32,000 bases of DNA from Psychrobacter cryohalolentis K5 (GCF_000013905.1 NC_007969.1:2400001-2432000); one strand, 5' to 3'; shown: positions 18,819 through 28,382, numbered from the stretch's first letter. Notes: generated from the letters alone by a model not told the origin. Made by a program: numbers and translations.

Positions 18819-19403
18819 ACTTGCCTCACTGGTTCATCATTGCTGGTTTATCACGGCAGCTCTGCTTGTATTATTACGACTGTATCAAGGGTTTAGCCTA
18901 CAAATTAAGCTCACTAGTATAAGACATTCGCCGTTTGCTTGCCGAGACTTTTGCCCTCCTACTTCAGCATCATAGTGGACACCGACTTAAGCCATTCATT
19001 TTACGCAATAATTTTGTTACCAAGTGCATCTGATGAGTCATTGCACCTTGAATAATGCAGCTATCATGACAATAAAGTAAGACGTTGAGAACGTTGTGGT
19101 CTGAAAAAATTTATGATAAATCTTTTTACAAAACGACGTTATTCTGCCAAATCTATAACAAACCACTCATATTAGTTAATCTTTATTTAGATTACCTTTA
19201 TCCGTTTCAAGTATTAAAAGCATATTCTAATATAGACAGCCATTACTATCGCTTTGTGAAAACTGCATATTTTTATAAAGCCGTATTAATTTGAATAGCA
19301 ATTTTAAAATTATCCACGTTTTTGATGAATCATTTGACTCATATTGATTGCTCCTTTTAATTTTTTTGAAAATATCATTTAGCAAATAGGAAACCTATCA
19401 CCG

Positions 19404-22310
19404 ATGGCACACGAGTATATTAAGGTTCGCGGCGCACGCACTCATAATCTAAAAAATATCGACTTAGACATTCCACGAGATAAATTTGTGGTCATTACGG
19501 GTTTATCAGGCTCTGGTAAATCTTCATTGGCATTCGATACCTTGTATGCTGAAGGGCAACGTCGTTATGTCGAGAGCTTGTCAGCATATGCGCGTCAGTT
19601 CTTATCTCAAATGGAGAAGCCAGACGTCGATAGTATCGAAGGCTTGTCGCCGGCGATTGCTATTGAGCAAAAATCGACTAACCATAATCCGCGCTCAACC
19701 GTCGGTACGATTACCGAAATTTACGACTATCTGCGTCTGCTTTATGCGCGTATTGGTACGCCGTTTTGCCCTGAGCATGGCGAGCCAATGGTCGCGCAGT
19801 CGGTCACTGAAATGGTCGATCAAGTCATGGCGCTGCCCGATGATACCAAGATCATGATACTTGCGCCGGTTATTCGTGAGCGTAAAGGTGAGCATACCGT
19901 GTTGCTTGAGCAATTAATTGGGCAAGGGTTTGTACGTGTACGCGTCGATGGTGATGTCTACGATACTGATGAGCTACCAACACTCGATAAAAAGAAAAAA
20001 CATACCATTGAAGTCGTCGTTGACCGCTTTAAAGTTCGTGATGACTTGGGTAACCGCGTCGCTGAAAGTTTGGAGACGGCTCTACGTTTAGGCCAAGGTT
20101 TGGTGACGCTACACTTTATGGATGGCAATCCAAAAGAAGGCGGTGATGCTAACCAAGTTATGTCTGCTAAGCACTCTTGCCCTGTTTGTGATCGTGCCGT
20201 GTCTGAGCTTGAACCGCGCATGTTTAGTTTTAACAATCCTTATGGTGCTTGCCCAAGCTGTGATGGTCTCGGTAAACGTCAGTATTTCTCTGCCGAAAAA
20301 CTGATTACTCATCACGAAAAATCGCTCAATCAAGGGGCGATTAATGGTTGGGATAAGCGTCATGCGTATTACTTTGGTCTGCTATCTACCGTTTGTAATC
20401 ACTTCAAAATCGATATGGACGCACCGTGGCAAGATTTACCAAAAGAACAGCAAGACCTTATTATGCAAGGCTCTGGTAAAGAGAAGCTGACGTTTAACTT
20501 TACTGATGAGCGCGGTCGTAAAACCAACAAGACCGTACCATTCGAAGGTGTGCTTCCATACTTAGAGCGCCGTTATGCCAAAACCCAAAGCAATCTCGTC
20601 CGTGACGAGCTAGCGAAATACTTGGCTGATACTACTTGTAATGTCTGTGATGGCGCGCGTCTCAATGAGATCTCACGCAATGTCCGCGTCGATGATCAAA
20701 CCATCGCTCAAATCGTGAAGCTGTCTATCGGTGATGCGGCTGAATATTATAAGACCATTAAAATTGGCGGTCATAAAGGCGAAGTTGCGGAAAAAATCTT
20801 TAAAGAGATCAATGAACGTCTAAACTTCCTCGTCAGTGTCGGACTTGATTATTTATCCCTCGCCCGCTCTGCTGAAACGCTATCGGGCGGTGAAGCACAG
20901 CGTATTCGTTTGGCTAGCCAAATCGGCGCAGGTCTGATGGGTGTGATGTATGTACTCGATGAACCATCGATTGGTTTACATCAACGTGATAATGATCGCT
21001 TGCTAAAAACCTTAACGCGCTTACGTGATTTGGGCAACACGGTACTGGTCGTTGAGCACGATGAAGATGCGATTCGTCAAGCGGATCATGTTATCGATAT
21101 CGGAGTGGGCGCTGGCATACATGGTGGTCATATCATCGCTCAAGGTACGGTCGATGACATTATGGCAAACAAAGAATCGCTGACTGGACAATATATGTCT
21201 GGTAAGAAAAGAATTGAGATTCCAAGCATTCGCCATAAAGCCAAAACGATCGATATGGAAGTTAAAGGTAAAGCCAAGCCCAAACAAGTTCCTATGACCA
21301 TTGAGCTAAAAGGTGCATCTGGCAATAACTTACACGATGTTGATTTGACCTTGCCAATAGGTATTATGACTTGTATCACGGGTGTTTCGGGTTCTGGTAA
21401 ATCGACCTTGATTAACCGTACTTTAATGCCACTTGCCGCGACTCAGTTAAACAATGCTTCCACGCTCATCGCGGATAAGCATGACAGCATTAGCGGTCTT
21501 GAGCATTTGGATAAAATGGTCGATATCGATCAAAGCCCGATTGGTCGTACACCGCGCTCAAATCCAGCGACGTATACGGGCGTGTTTACCCCAGTACGTG
21601 AGATGTTTGCACAAACTCAAGAAGCACGCGCCCGTGGTTATAAAGCGGGTCGCTTTAGCTTCAATGTCAAAGGCGGACGCTGTGAGATGTGTCAAGGTGA
21701 TGGTCTCATTAAAGTTGAGATGCATTTTTTACCGGATATGTATGTGCCGTGTGATACTTGTGAAGGCAAGCGTTATAACCGCGAGACCTTAGAGATTCAC
21801 TATAAAGGTAAAACCATCGCCGACGTGCTTGATATGACAGTCGAAGATGCTACTGAGTTCTTCTCAGCGATACCAGCCATCTATCGTCGCCTGCAAGCAC
21901 TCATGGATGTTGGTCTGAGCTATATTCGTTTGGGTCAGTCTGCACCGACGCTATCAGGTGGTGAAGCACAGCGTGTCAAACTGGCGCGTGAGCTTGCCAA
22001 ACGCGATACCGGACAGACGCTTTATATCTTGGATGAGCCAACTACTGGTTTGCATTTCCATGATATCGATAAGCTGCTGCATATCTTGCATGCCTTACGT
22101 GATAAAGGTAATACTATCGTGGTCATCGAGCACAACTTGGACGTCATCAAAACGGCGGATTGGGTAATTGATTTAGGTCCTGAAGGCGGTAAAGGTGGCG
22201 GCATGATCATCGCTGAAGGTACGCCTGAGGAAGTGGCTGAAGTTGAAGAATCGTACACGGGTATATTCTTGAAGCCGATGCTTGAGCAAGCGATGAAAGA
22301 AGTAAGCTGA
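19404..22310 (+). CDS. uvrA: excinuclease ABC subunit A
   Basis: Two ABC ATPase modules: [12 protein letters not shown] and [11 protein letters not shown] Walker A motifs, and LSGGEAQR signatures twice. Zinc-finger Cys clusters are CPVCDR...CPSCDG and CEMCQGDG...CDTCEG. 968 aa. Confidence 0.98.
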   Translation: MAHEYIKVRGARTHNLKNIDLDIPRDKFVVITGLSGSGKSSLAFDTLYAEGQRRYVESLSAYARQFLSQMEKPDVDSIEGLSPAIAIEQKSTNHNPRSTVGTITEIYDYLRLLYARIGTPFCPEHGEPMVAQSVTEMVDQVMALPDDTKIMILAPVIRERKGEHTVLLEQLIGQGFVRVRVDGDVYDTDELPTLDKKKKHTIEVVVDRFKVRDDLGNRVAESLETALRLGQGLVTLHFMDGNPKEGGDANQVMSAKHSCPVCDRAVSELEPRMFSFNNPYGACPSCDGLGKRQYFSAEKLITHHEKSLNQGAINGWDKRHAYYFGLLSTVCNHFKIDMDAPWQDLPKEQQDLIMQGSGKEKLTFNFTDERGRKTNKTVPFEGVLPYLERRYAKTQSNLVRDELAKYLADTTCNVCDGARLNEISRNVRVDDQTIAQIVKLSIGDAAEYYKTIKIGGHKGEVAEKIFKEINERLNFLVSVGLDYLSLARSAETLSGGEAQRIRLASQIGAGLMGVMYVLDEPSIGLHQRDNDRLLKTLTRLRDLGNTVLVVEHDEDAIRQADHVIDIGVGAGIHGGHIIAQGTVDDIMANKESLTGQYMSGKKRIEIPSIRHKAKTIDMEVKGKAKPKQVPMTIELKGASGNNLHDVDLTLPIGIMTCITGVSGSGKSTLINRTLMPLAATQLNNASTLIADKHDSISGLEHLDKMVDIDQSPIGRTPRSNPATYTGVFTPVREMFAQTQEARARGYKAGRFSFNVKGGRCEMCQGDGLIKVEMHFLPDMYVPCDTCEGKRYNRETLEIHYKGKTIADVLDMTVEDATEFFSAIPAIYRRLQALMDVGLSYIRLGQSAPTLSGGEAQRVKLARELAKRDTGQTLYILDEPTTGLHFHDIDKLLHILHALRDKGNTIVVIEHNLDVIKTADWVIDLGPEGGKGGGMIIAEGTPEEVAEVEESYTGIFLKPMLEQAMKEVS

Positions 22311-22334
22311 TACAAACTGGTTAATCGTTGATAA

Positions 22335-22366
22335 AAGGCTACTCTTTAGGGGGTGGCCTTTTTTGT
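22335..22366 (+). terminator. uvrA terminator
   Basis: AAGGCTAC (22335-22342), 10-nt loop, GTGGCCTT (22353-22360) with one G-U pair, followed by TTTTTT. Confidence 0.7.
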
Positions 22367-22431
22367 TGGTGATGATATATAAAATAGACTTTAAAAACTC
22401 TATTTTATAGAGTATAAAATCCTGACATTTG

Positions 22432-22460
22432 TTGCTCAAAAATTACTGATAAGTTATAAT
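22432..22460 (+). promoter_or_regulatory. candidate sigma70 promoter for the zinc-ribbon ORF
   Basis: TTGCTC (22432-22437), 17-nt spacer, consensus TATAAT (22455-22460), about 95 nt upstream of the ATG at 22557. Pattern match only. Confidence 0.3.
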
Positions 22461-22556
22461 CTTTATCTTATTTACCAAAAATTTAAGCAACTTTCTAGTA
22501 CTTAACCTTGCAGAAATGTGCTCGGGATATTGCAAATGAAGATAAAGTAGAAAAAA

Positions 22557-23573
22557 ATGGCTCTAATTAACTGTCCTGAATGTTCTAAAGCCATTAGTGA
22601 TCAAAGTATCTCTTGTCCTAGTTGTGGTTTCCCCACGCCTTCAGAACAGATAGATAACAATGATTTGCTAGCAAGCAGTCGTCAAAGACAAAAGAATAGT
22701 GGCTGTTCTGGCGCAACTATCTTCCTAATCATTATTATAGTTCTTATCGGCTTTTGGCTTGTAAGTGCTTATGATGGCTATACAGAAAAAGCACGACAAT
22801 ACAGTGAAGAGCAGTCAGAACCTGATAAAGAATCACCGCAAGTCCAGGGATCATTATTTGATTCGCCATTGACACAGATACCAATGTTACTTTCTGGTTC
22901 AGGTGAAGATGGTCGCTATTTCCTCATCTCTCACTTTGCATCTTATGGCATTGAAAATGTTAAGTATGCACGTAGAGGGAAAGAAAGTGACTCTTTTGGG
23001 GAGATGCAAATTGACTGCACAAACGGTAAGATCAGAAAAACCTCATCAGATAATCTTGAGGCCTTAACATCAGCAGACCTAGGGGATTGGTATACGCCAA
23101 CACCAGATTGGACAGATCAAGATATTGTTAATTTCATATGTCCAATCGAAAGCGTAGTGTCAAAAAACATAGAACATCATGAAGTAGTTGAGAAAGTAGT
23201 AACGCTAGAAGCTCCCAAGAACGAAGTAATTGAAAAAGTAACATTGGAGCAATTCAAGCCAGAGCCAGTGATATCAGCACAAGCAATACCGAGGGAAGTT
23301 GTATTATCGAATGCCCCTTCGGGTAGTGAGAAAGAATATAAAGTATGGGAACCACCAATAAAAACAAAAGAACCTTACAACGAAAAAGTAGTTAATAAAG
23401 CAGCGGACGATAAAAAAGAGAGGGACATAGCACGCAGAAAAAGTGATGATCGAGCAATATGTGAACAAGCTATAAAAGTAAACAGTGCTTACCTTGGGAA
23501 GGACGACCCAGAATATAGTCAGTGGAAGGCAATTGAGCGTGCCAATTGTATGCAAGATAAACTATATGAGTGA
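22557..23573 (+). CDS. zinc-ribbon domain membrane protein, function unknown (orphan-like)
   Basis: N-terminal CPxC...CPxC zinc ribbon (CPECSKAISDQSISCPSCGF). One TM helix (ATIFLIIIIVLIGFWLVSAY). The extracytoplasmic part is about 260 aa with a Glu/Lys/Val-rich low-complexity tail. By eye it is more A+T-rich than its neighbours. Confidence 0.7.
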   Translation: MALINCPECSKAISDQSISCPSCGFPTPSEQIDNNDLLASSRQRQKNSGCSGATIFLIIIIVLIGFWLVSAYDGYTEKARQYSEEQSEPDKESPQVQGSLFDSPLTQIPMLLSGSGEDGRYFLISHFASYGIENVKYARRGKESDSFGEMQIDCTNGKIRKTSSDNLEALTSADLGDWYTPTPDWTDQDIVNFICPIESVVSKNIEHHEVVEKVVTLEAPKNEVIEKVTLEQFKPEPVISAQAIPREVVLSNAPSGSEKEYKVWEPPIKTKEPYNEKVVNKAADDKKERDIARRKSDDRAICEQAIKVNSAYLGKDDPEYSQWKAIERANCMQDKLYE

Positions 23574-23602
23574 AATTAGGGGATACAAATTCGGTGTTAT
23601 TT

Positions 23603-23753
23603 GCAAGCTCGTAGGTTGGGTTGACGAAGGAAACCCAACTGTCTCATATTCATCAAAACCAACTCGTTAGGTCTCATCCTTCGACACCAACCTACAATCC
23701 AAACCCGAAATTACCTACAATCCGTAGGTTGGGTGGAGCTTGCGACACCCAAC
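23603..23753. repeat. REP (repetitive extragenic palindrome) cluster, mixed orientations
   Basis: GTAGG-headed palindromic units: 23611-23639 is GTAGGTTGGGTTGACGAAGGAAACCCAAC; 23678-23695 is the reverse complement of GTAGGTTGGTGTCGAAGG; 23713-23729 is ACCTAC-AATCC-GTAGGT; 23724-23753 is GTAGGTTGGGTGGAGCTTGCGACACCCAAC. Confidence 0.85.
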
Positions 23754-23785
23754 AAAATTAAGTAATATCAGCTATTAGTTATAAT

Positions 23786-24292
23786 TTGCAGAATAGCATG
23801 CAGTATCGAAGGTACTATCAAAAAGGAGCAACCTACTTTTTTACTGTCAACCTAGCTGATAGGTCTAGCGATTTGCTAGTCAAAGAAATTGCAACACTTA
23901 GACATGCCTTCAAACTCGTTAAACAAAAATACCCCTTCTACATTGATGCCATTGTTATCTTGCCAGACCATTTGCATATGTTATGTACTATGCCAAATAA
24001 TGATGCAGACTTCTCTAAACGAATAAAACTTATTAAATATTACTTTTCTTATAACATTGCCAAAACAGAATCTATTTCGAGTAGTAGACTTAAAAAAAGC
24101 GAGCGTGGTATTTGGCAACGTCGATTTTGGGAGCATTGCATTCGCGATGAATCAGACTATCGAGCACATATTGATTATATTCATATGAACCCTATTAAAC
24201 ATGGGTATGTTAAACAGGCTAAAGACTGGCAATATTCTTCATTTCATCGATTTGTGACAGATGGGTTGCTTCCTATCAATTGGGGCGGATGA
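23786..24292 (+). CDS. REP-associated tyrosine transposase (RAYT; Y1/HUH, IS200/IS605-like TnpA_REP)
   Basis: HUH motif in ILPDHLHML. Catalytic-Tyr region IDYIHMNPIKHGYV. N-terminal YRRYYQKGATYFFTV is typical of RAYTs. The likely real start is ATG at 23798 (MQYRR...); the track start at 23786 is TTG. Confidence 0.9.
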   Translation: MQNSMQYRRYYQKGATYFFTVNLADRSSDLLVKEIATLRHAFKLVKQKYPFYIDAIVILPDHLHMLCTMPNNDADFSKRIKLIKYYFSYNIAKTESISSSRLKKSERGIWQRRFWEHCIRDESDYRAHIDYIHMNPIKHGYVKQAKDWQYSSFHRFVTDGLLPINWGG

Positions 24293-24315
24293 GTATATTC
24301 TTTTTTAAAGTAAAT

Positions 24316-24345
24316 GTTGGGTGTCGCAAGCTCCACCCAACCTAC
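24316..24345 (-). repeat. REP unit, inverted partner of 23724-23753
   Basis: Exact reverse complement of the upstream 30-mer. It is internally self-complementary (GTTGGGTG...CACCCAAC). It lies between the convergent RAYT and DUF503 genes, so it may also serve as a terminator. Confidence 0.85.
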
Positions 24346-24385
24346 AAGTTAGACATTTTTCAGACTTAAGATAATTACCATTAAC

Positions 24386-24667
24386 CTAAATAAACTCTCT
24401 CTCAACATTCATCACCCGCGCATCTACCGTACGTTCTATTTTTTCTTCAATTTGACTACATTGTGATTCAACCTCACGTTTGGATAGCCCGACGATCACA
24501 AACGTCCATTCGCTGGCATCATGCCGATCTCGCTCGCCGCTCTCACAGACTGCGACGCTTGGCGTATTGCCAAAGCGTGCGTGCAAGCCGCCCATACGTT
24601 GGCGTTTCTCCTTTAATGAGCTACAACCGGGCAGCGCAAAAGTCAGCGTTAAGATAGCGATATGCAT
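24386..24667 (-). CDS. DUF503 (YlxP-like) family protein
   Basis: 93 aa with MHIAILTLTFALPGCSSLKEKRQ... The SLKEKR motif after a beta-strand start is the DUF503 hallmark as I remember it. Confidence 0.75.
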   Translation of the reverse strand: MHIAILTLTFALPGCSSLKEKRQRMGGLHARFGNTPSVAVCESGERDRHDASEWTFVIVGLSKREVESQCSQIEEKIERTVDARVMNVEREFI

Positions 24668-24830
24668 TTTATTCTCCTTGCGACAGTGGTTTACGCTTTA
24701 TAATAGTAGCAAATAAGTACGGCAAGTTATGCTATCGTTACCTTGCCGTATCGATATCCTATAACCGCTCACACTGTTTATGGTTATACCATTCACAAAT
24801 CTCACAATAGCCAATATGCGTATCTAATCA

Positions 24831-25637
24831 ATGACCTCTATCAGCTACGTACAGCAACAGCACATTACTCGATTATGCGTGCGCTGTGGATTACTGCTTA
24901 TGCAATATGGCGCTGAGTCTGCCGTGGTGGTGGACTTATGTAAACGCTTGGGGCTTGCGTTGGGGATGAACAGCGTGGAATGTTCACTGAATTTTAATGC
25001 CATTACCTTAACCACTATCTGTGATGAGCGCTGTATCACCACCACCAGAGACACGATCAATCAGAGTATTAATGTCAATTTATTGGTACAAATCCAGCAA
25101 ATCGTCAATAAAACCGAAGCCCTCACAGATAATGATAATGACAAACTGAAGCCTGAGCTGACTGAACGCACCACACTTGCCTTTGATGAATTAGATAAGA
25201 CCGTTTACCCGACGTGGCTAGTGGCTGTGTTTGTTGGCGCATCTTGTGCTGCATTTGCTTATCTAAATGGCGGCAGTTGGTCAATTACCGCCGTAACCTT
25301 TATCGCGGGTATGGTGGCGATGCTCACTCGTATCTACCTGTCCAAGCACCATTTTAATCCCTTTATAGCGGTCATCGTGACCGCTTTTATTGCCTCTTTA
25401 ATTGGGTCGACTACCTATTACTTTGATATTGGTAATAATGCCGATATTGCTGTTGCCTCCAGCGTTCTGTTACTAGTGCCAAGCTTCCCTTTGATCAATT
25501 CTTTCTCAGATATCCTAAAAGGCTATGTCAATATTGGGATTGGGCGTGCCGTTTTTACCTATATGCTGACTTTGTCCGCGTGCGTTGGTATCGTAATGGC
25601 GCTGGGATTACTTAGAATACAGCACTGGGGATTTTGA
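24831..25637 (+). CDS. threonine/serine exporter family protein (ThrE/YjjP-like, DUF1212)
   Basis: Soluble N-terminal half (LCVRCGLLLMQYGAESAVV...) followed by about 5 TM helices. It pairs with the downstream YjjB-like gene with a 1-nt gap. Confidence 0.82.
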   Translation: MTSISYVQQQHITRLCVRCGLLLMQYGAESAVVVDLCKRLGLALGMNSVECSLNFNAITLTTICDERCITTTRDTINQSINVNLLVQIQQIVNKTEALTDNDNDKLKPELTERTTLAFDELDKTVYPTWLVAVFVGASCAAFAYLNGGSWSITAVTFIAGMVAMLTRIYLSKHHFNPFIAVIVTAFIASLIGSTTYYFDIGNNADIAVASSVLLLVPSFPLINSFSDILKGYVNIGIGRAVFTYMLTLSACVGIVMALGLLRIQHWGF

Positions 25638-25638
25638 C

Positions 25639-26091
25639 ATGTGGTTCATTGAAACCGTGGTGCTGTCGTGTATCATCACCCTTGGTTGGACGCTGATGTT
25701 TAGCGTGCCCAAACGTTACATTTTGCCTTGTTTGCTGATGACCGCGTTTGGATTCGGGCTAAAAACAGCGCTTGTCTATCAACACGTCCATCTCGTTGTG
25801 GCCAGCTTTTTTGGGGCGATGCTTGCCAGCTTTTTGGGGGTGTATTTTTCCAAGAAATATACCCTACCGCCCAAAGCATTAATTTCGCCAAGTGTCATCT
25901 GTATGATGCCCGGTATCGCCGCTTATAAGGCGATGGTGAGTATGGTACAGATTGGCTATTTTGGTTTTTCAGACGAGTTATTTAGCCAAATGATGGTGTA
26001 TTTGTTTGAGGCGTTATTTGTGACTTCAGGATTGGTACTGGGCTTATCTATTCCTGGACTGTTATTTTATAGACGTCGTCCCATCGTATAG
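25639..26091 (+). CDS. threonine/serine exporter family protein, small subunit (YjjB-like, DUF3815)
   Basis: 150-aa polytopic membrane protein immediately after the YjjP-like gene. This is the canonical two-gene arrangement. Confidence 0.8.
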   Translation: MWFIETVVLSCIITLGWTLMFSVPKRYILPCLLMTAFGFGLKTALVYQHVHLVVASFFGAMLASFLGVYFSKKYTLPPKALISPSVICMMPGIAAYKAMVSMVQIGYFGFSDELFSQMMVYLFEALFVTSGLVLGLSIPGLLFYRRRPIV

Positions 26092-26173
26092 ATGATGGAC
26101 TGCTCTTAGCTAGGCACTGTTTTCAATTAACGTTCAAAATTACATTAACAACCCCTTAATAAAGAGACTCAAT

Positions 26174-27529
26174 ATGACTAAACACTATGATTATATCGCC
26201 ATTGGCGGCGGTAGCGGCGGCATTGCTTCGATTAATCGAGCCGCGAGCTATGGCAAAAAATGTGCCATTATCGAAGCCAACCAATTAGGCGGCACCTGCG
26301 TGAACTTGGGCTGCGTACCCAAAAAAGTGATGTGGTATGGCGCACAAGTTGCTGGAGCCATTCATAAGTATGCGCCAGATTATGGCTTTGACGTTGAGCT
26401 AAAAGGCTTTGACTTTCAAAAACTGGTACAGAGCCGTCAACAATATATTCAAAATATTCACCGCGCTTATGACAATAACTTGGCAAAAAACGGTGTAGAA
26501 GTAATCAAAGGCTTTGCCAAATTTGTTGATAATCATACCGTAGAAGTGAATGGCGAGCTTATTACCGCTGACCATATTTTGATTGCTACAGGCGGTCATC
26601 CTATCAAGCCAAATATCAAAGGCGCAGAACATGGCATCGATTCTGATGGTTTTTTTGCCTTAAATCATTTGCCAAAACGAGTCGCTATCGTTGGAGCGGG
26701 ATATATCGCCGTTGAGATCGCTGGTGTGATGAATAGTCTCGGCGCTGAGGTACACTTGTATGTCCGTCAGCACTCGCCACTGCGCTCGTTTGATCACACC
26801 ATTGTGGAGACTTTGCTGATAGAGATGGAGCAAGATGGCATTCAATTGCATACCAATACCACGCTCACTGAAGTTGTTAAAAATGACGATAGTAGCCTGA
26901 CTTTGTGTACCACAGATGGTGCTCTTGATACCGTAGACTGCTTGATTTGGGCGATTGGTCGCGCGCCTTCGACGGACAATATCAATTTGCAAGTGACGGG
27001 CGTGGAAACGACCGAGTTTGGTAAAATCATAGTCGATAAATTCCAAAACACCAATGTTAAAGGGATTTATGCGGTAGGCGATATTATCGAAAACAGTGTT
27101 GATTTGACGCCAGTGGCTATCGCAGCAGGTCGTCGCTTGTCAGAGCGCTTGTTTAATAACAAACCTGATGAGCATCTAAACTATGAGCTGATACCGACGG
27201 TTATCTTTACCCACCCTCCTATCGGCACCATTGGTTTGTCTGAAATCGATGCCGTAAATCAATTTGGTAAAGACAATATTAAATGCTATACCTCCACCTT
27301 TACGGATATGTATAGTGCGGTGACTAAGCATCGCCAAAAGTCTACAATGAAGCTGATATGTTTAGGCGAGGAAGAAAAAGTCATTGGCTTGCACGGTATC
27401 GGCTTTGGCGTGGATGAAATGATTCAGGGCTTTGCGGTAGCGATCAAAATGGGCGCAACCAAAGCTGACTTTGATAATACCGTCGCCATTCATCCCACTG
27501 GCTCAGAAGAGTTTGTGACGATGCGCTAG
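26174..27529 (+). CDS. gor: glutathione-disulfide reductase
   Basis: FAD motif IGGGSGG. Redox-active disulfide [18 protein letters not shown]-binding motif [10 protein letters not shown]-terminal [12 protein letters not shown] active-site His-Glu segment. 451 aa. Confidence 0.93.
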   Translation: MTKHYDYIAIGGGSGGIASINRAASYGKKCAIIEANQLGGTCVNLGCVPKKVMWYGAQVAGAIHKYAPDYGFDVELKGFDFQKLVQSRQQYIQNIHRAYDNNLAKNGVEVIKGFAKFVDNHTVEVNGELITADHILIATGGHPIKPNIKGAEHGIDSDGFFALNHLPKRVAIVGAGYIAVEIAGVMNSLGAEVHLYVRQHSPLRSFDHTIVETLLIEMEQDGIQLHTNTTLTEVVKNDDSSLTLCTTDGALDTVDCLIWAIGRAPSTDNINLQVTGVETTEFGKIIVDKFQNTNVKGIYAVGDIIENSVDLTPVAIAAGRRLSERLFNNKPDEHLNYELIPTVIFTHPPIGTIGLSEIDAVNQFGKDNIKCYTSTFTDMYSAVTKHRQKSTMKLICLGEEEKVIGLHGIGFGVDEMIQGFAVAIKMGATKADFDNTVAIHPTGSEEFVTMR

Positions 27530-27571
27530 CAATGAACCGGGTAATATTAGTAATAGCCTTATCTATTATAT

Positions 27572-27601
27572 AAAAAGGATGCCGTTTGGGCATCCTTTTT
27601 T
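27572..27601. terminator. bidirectional terminator between gor and the convergent lipoprotein gene
   Basis: AAAAAGGATGCC-GTTTG-GGCATCCTTTTTT: a 7-bp GC core extended by A/T runs on both sides. Confidence 0.8.
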
Positions 27602-27620
27602 ATTATCAGCAACCAATAGA

Positions 27621-27662
27621 AGTGCTTATTTATTAGTGCTTATTTATTAGCCCTTATTTATT
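27621..27662. repeat. 14-bp tandem repeat, 3 copies
   Basis: AGTGCTTATTTATT, AGTGCTTATTTATT, AGCCCTTATTTATT. It is intergenic, between the terminator and the lipoprotein gene stop. Confidence 0.8.
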
Positions 27663-27679
27663 AAAAAGTATCAAAACCT

Positions 27680-28048
27680 TTAATTACCCAATACCCACTC
27701 ATCATTGACTAGATAAACTTTAAATCCCGTCTTGTTGGTTTGGCTATTACCCGCTATCGTTTGGGTGACATCAGCGCTACAGAGATAGGCATTTTCACCC
27801 TCAATGGCATCGCAGTCGATATTCTCAATGCGCTCAAGCTTTGGCATCATGGTCTCCATCATGCCGCTCATGGCTTTTGCCATCTTATCATTGCCTGCGT
27901 TAGCCTTTGCGTCCTCTACTATCTTGGTAGTTTGCTCATATTGCGCTTCGATCAGCCCTTCAACCGTATTTTCAGGAGGCGCATTAGAACACGCGGTAAA
28001 AAACGGCGTGAATACCATAATGAATACCGATTTTTTGAAATTTCTCAC
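27680..28048 (-). CDS. small lipoprotein, function unknown
   Basis: Signal peptide with lipobox (VFTPFFTAC). The mature part is about 100 aa with 2 Cys and no recognised motif. Confidence 0.65.
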   Translation of the reverse strand: MRNFKKSVFIMVFTPFFTACSNAPPENTVEGLIEAQYEQTTKIVEDAKANAGNDKMAKAMSGMMETMMPKLERIENIDCDAIEGENAYLCSADVTQTIAGNSQTNKTGFKVYLVNDEWVLGN

Positions 28049-28152
28049 GTCGTCGTCCTGATATGTTTATAAAATTTAAGGTGCGGATAATTCAGACAGT
28101 ACAATCGGGATGCTGCTATGATGTGCTTAATAATGATGGTTGCGAGATAATC

Positions 28153-28362
28153 ATGTGGCAGGCGTATTTTTTTATATTACCGATTGGGCTTGGCATTTTA
28201 ACCTTGGTTGTCAGTCTGATATTTTTATTTGCCTATATCACCTCTAATGACAATGCCACACGCTTACCAGCATTTAACTGGTTTAAGCGCTTAATTGTAG
28301 TGGCATTTTTACTGCTGAGTATAGGACTGTTTATGACTTTCACATACTTTTGGGGTCGATAA
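28153..28362 (+). CDS. possible small two-TM membrane protein
   Basis: The track ORF is 28063-28362. The part from ATG 28153 (MWQAYFFILPIGLGILTLVVSLIFLF...LIVVAFLLLSIGLFMTFTYFWGR) has two clear hydrophobic helices, whereas the first 30 codons look non-coding. Confidence 0.4.
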   Translation: MWQAYFFILPIGLGILTLVVSLIFLFAYITSNDNATRLPAFNWFKRLIVVAFLLLSIGLFMTFTYFWGR

Positions 28363-28382
28363 TATTAGCCTTTACATATTTT

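Larger units (their letters stand above)
23724..24345 (+). mobile_element. REPtron-like unit: RAYT gene bracketed by inverted REPs
   Basis: The 30-nt segment 23724-23753 is the exact reverse complement of 24316-24345 (GTTGGGTGTCGCAAGCTCCACCCAACCTAC). The RAYT ORF lies between them. Confidence 0.8.

Noticed and set aside
19024-19046. GTGCA-TCTGATGAGTCAT-TGCAC in the uvrA upstream region contains CUGAUGA, the hammerhead ribozyme core heptamer, inside a small hairpin.
   Set aside because: There is no downstream GAAA core element, no stem II/III arrangement and no cleavage-site context. A 7-mer match in A+T-rich DNA is expected by chance.
19085-19294. 69-aa ORF in the A+T-rich uvrA/MFS intergenic region.
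   Set aside because: It has a non-ATG (TTG) start, no RBS and a Tyr/Phe/Lys/Leu-rich composition typical of translated A+T-rich non-coding DNA.
18819-19403. A LexA/SOS box expected between uvrA and ssb by analogy with E. coli.
   Set aside because: I found no CTGT-N8-ACAG-like palindrome by eye. I only noted the direct repeat ACGTTG-AGA-ACGTTG near 19082-19096, which I cannot interpret. A formal motif scan is still needed.
23485-23670. 61-aa plus-strand ORF overlapping the end of the zinc-ribbon gene and the first REP units.
   Set aside because: It is an alternative frame of a real CDS that runs into REP hairpins. I judge it an artefact of ORF calling.
27601-27670. Short direct repeats checked as a possible CRISPR remnant.
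   Set aside because: The units are 14 bp, directly abutting with no spacers, and A+T-rich. There are no cas genes in the window. It is a simple tandem repeat.
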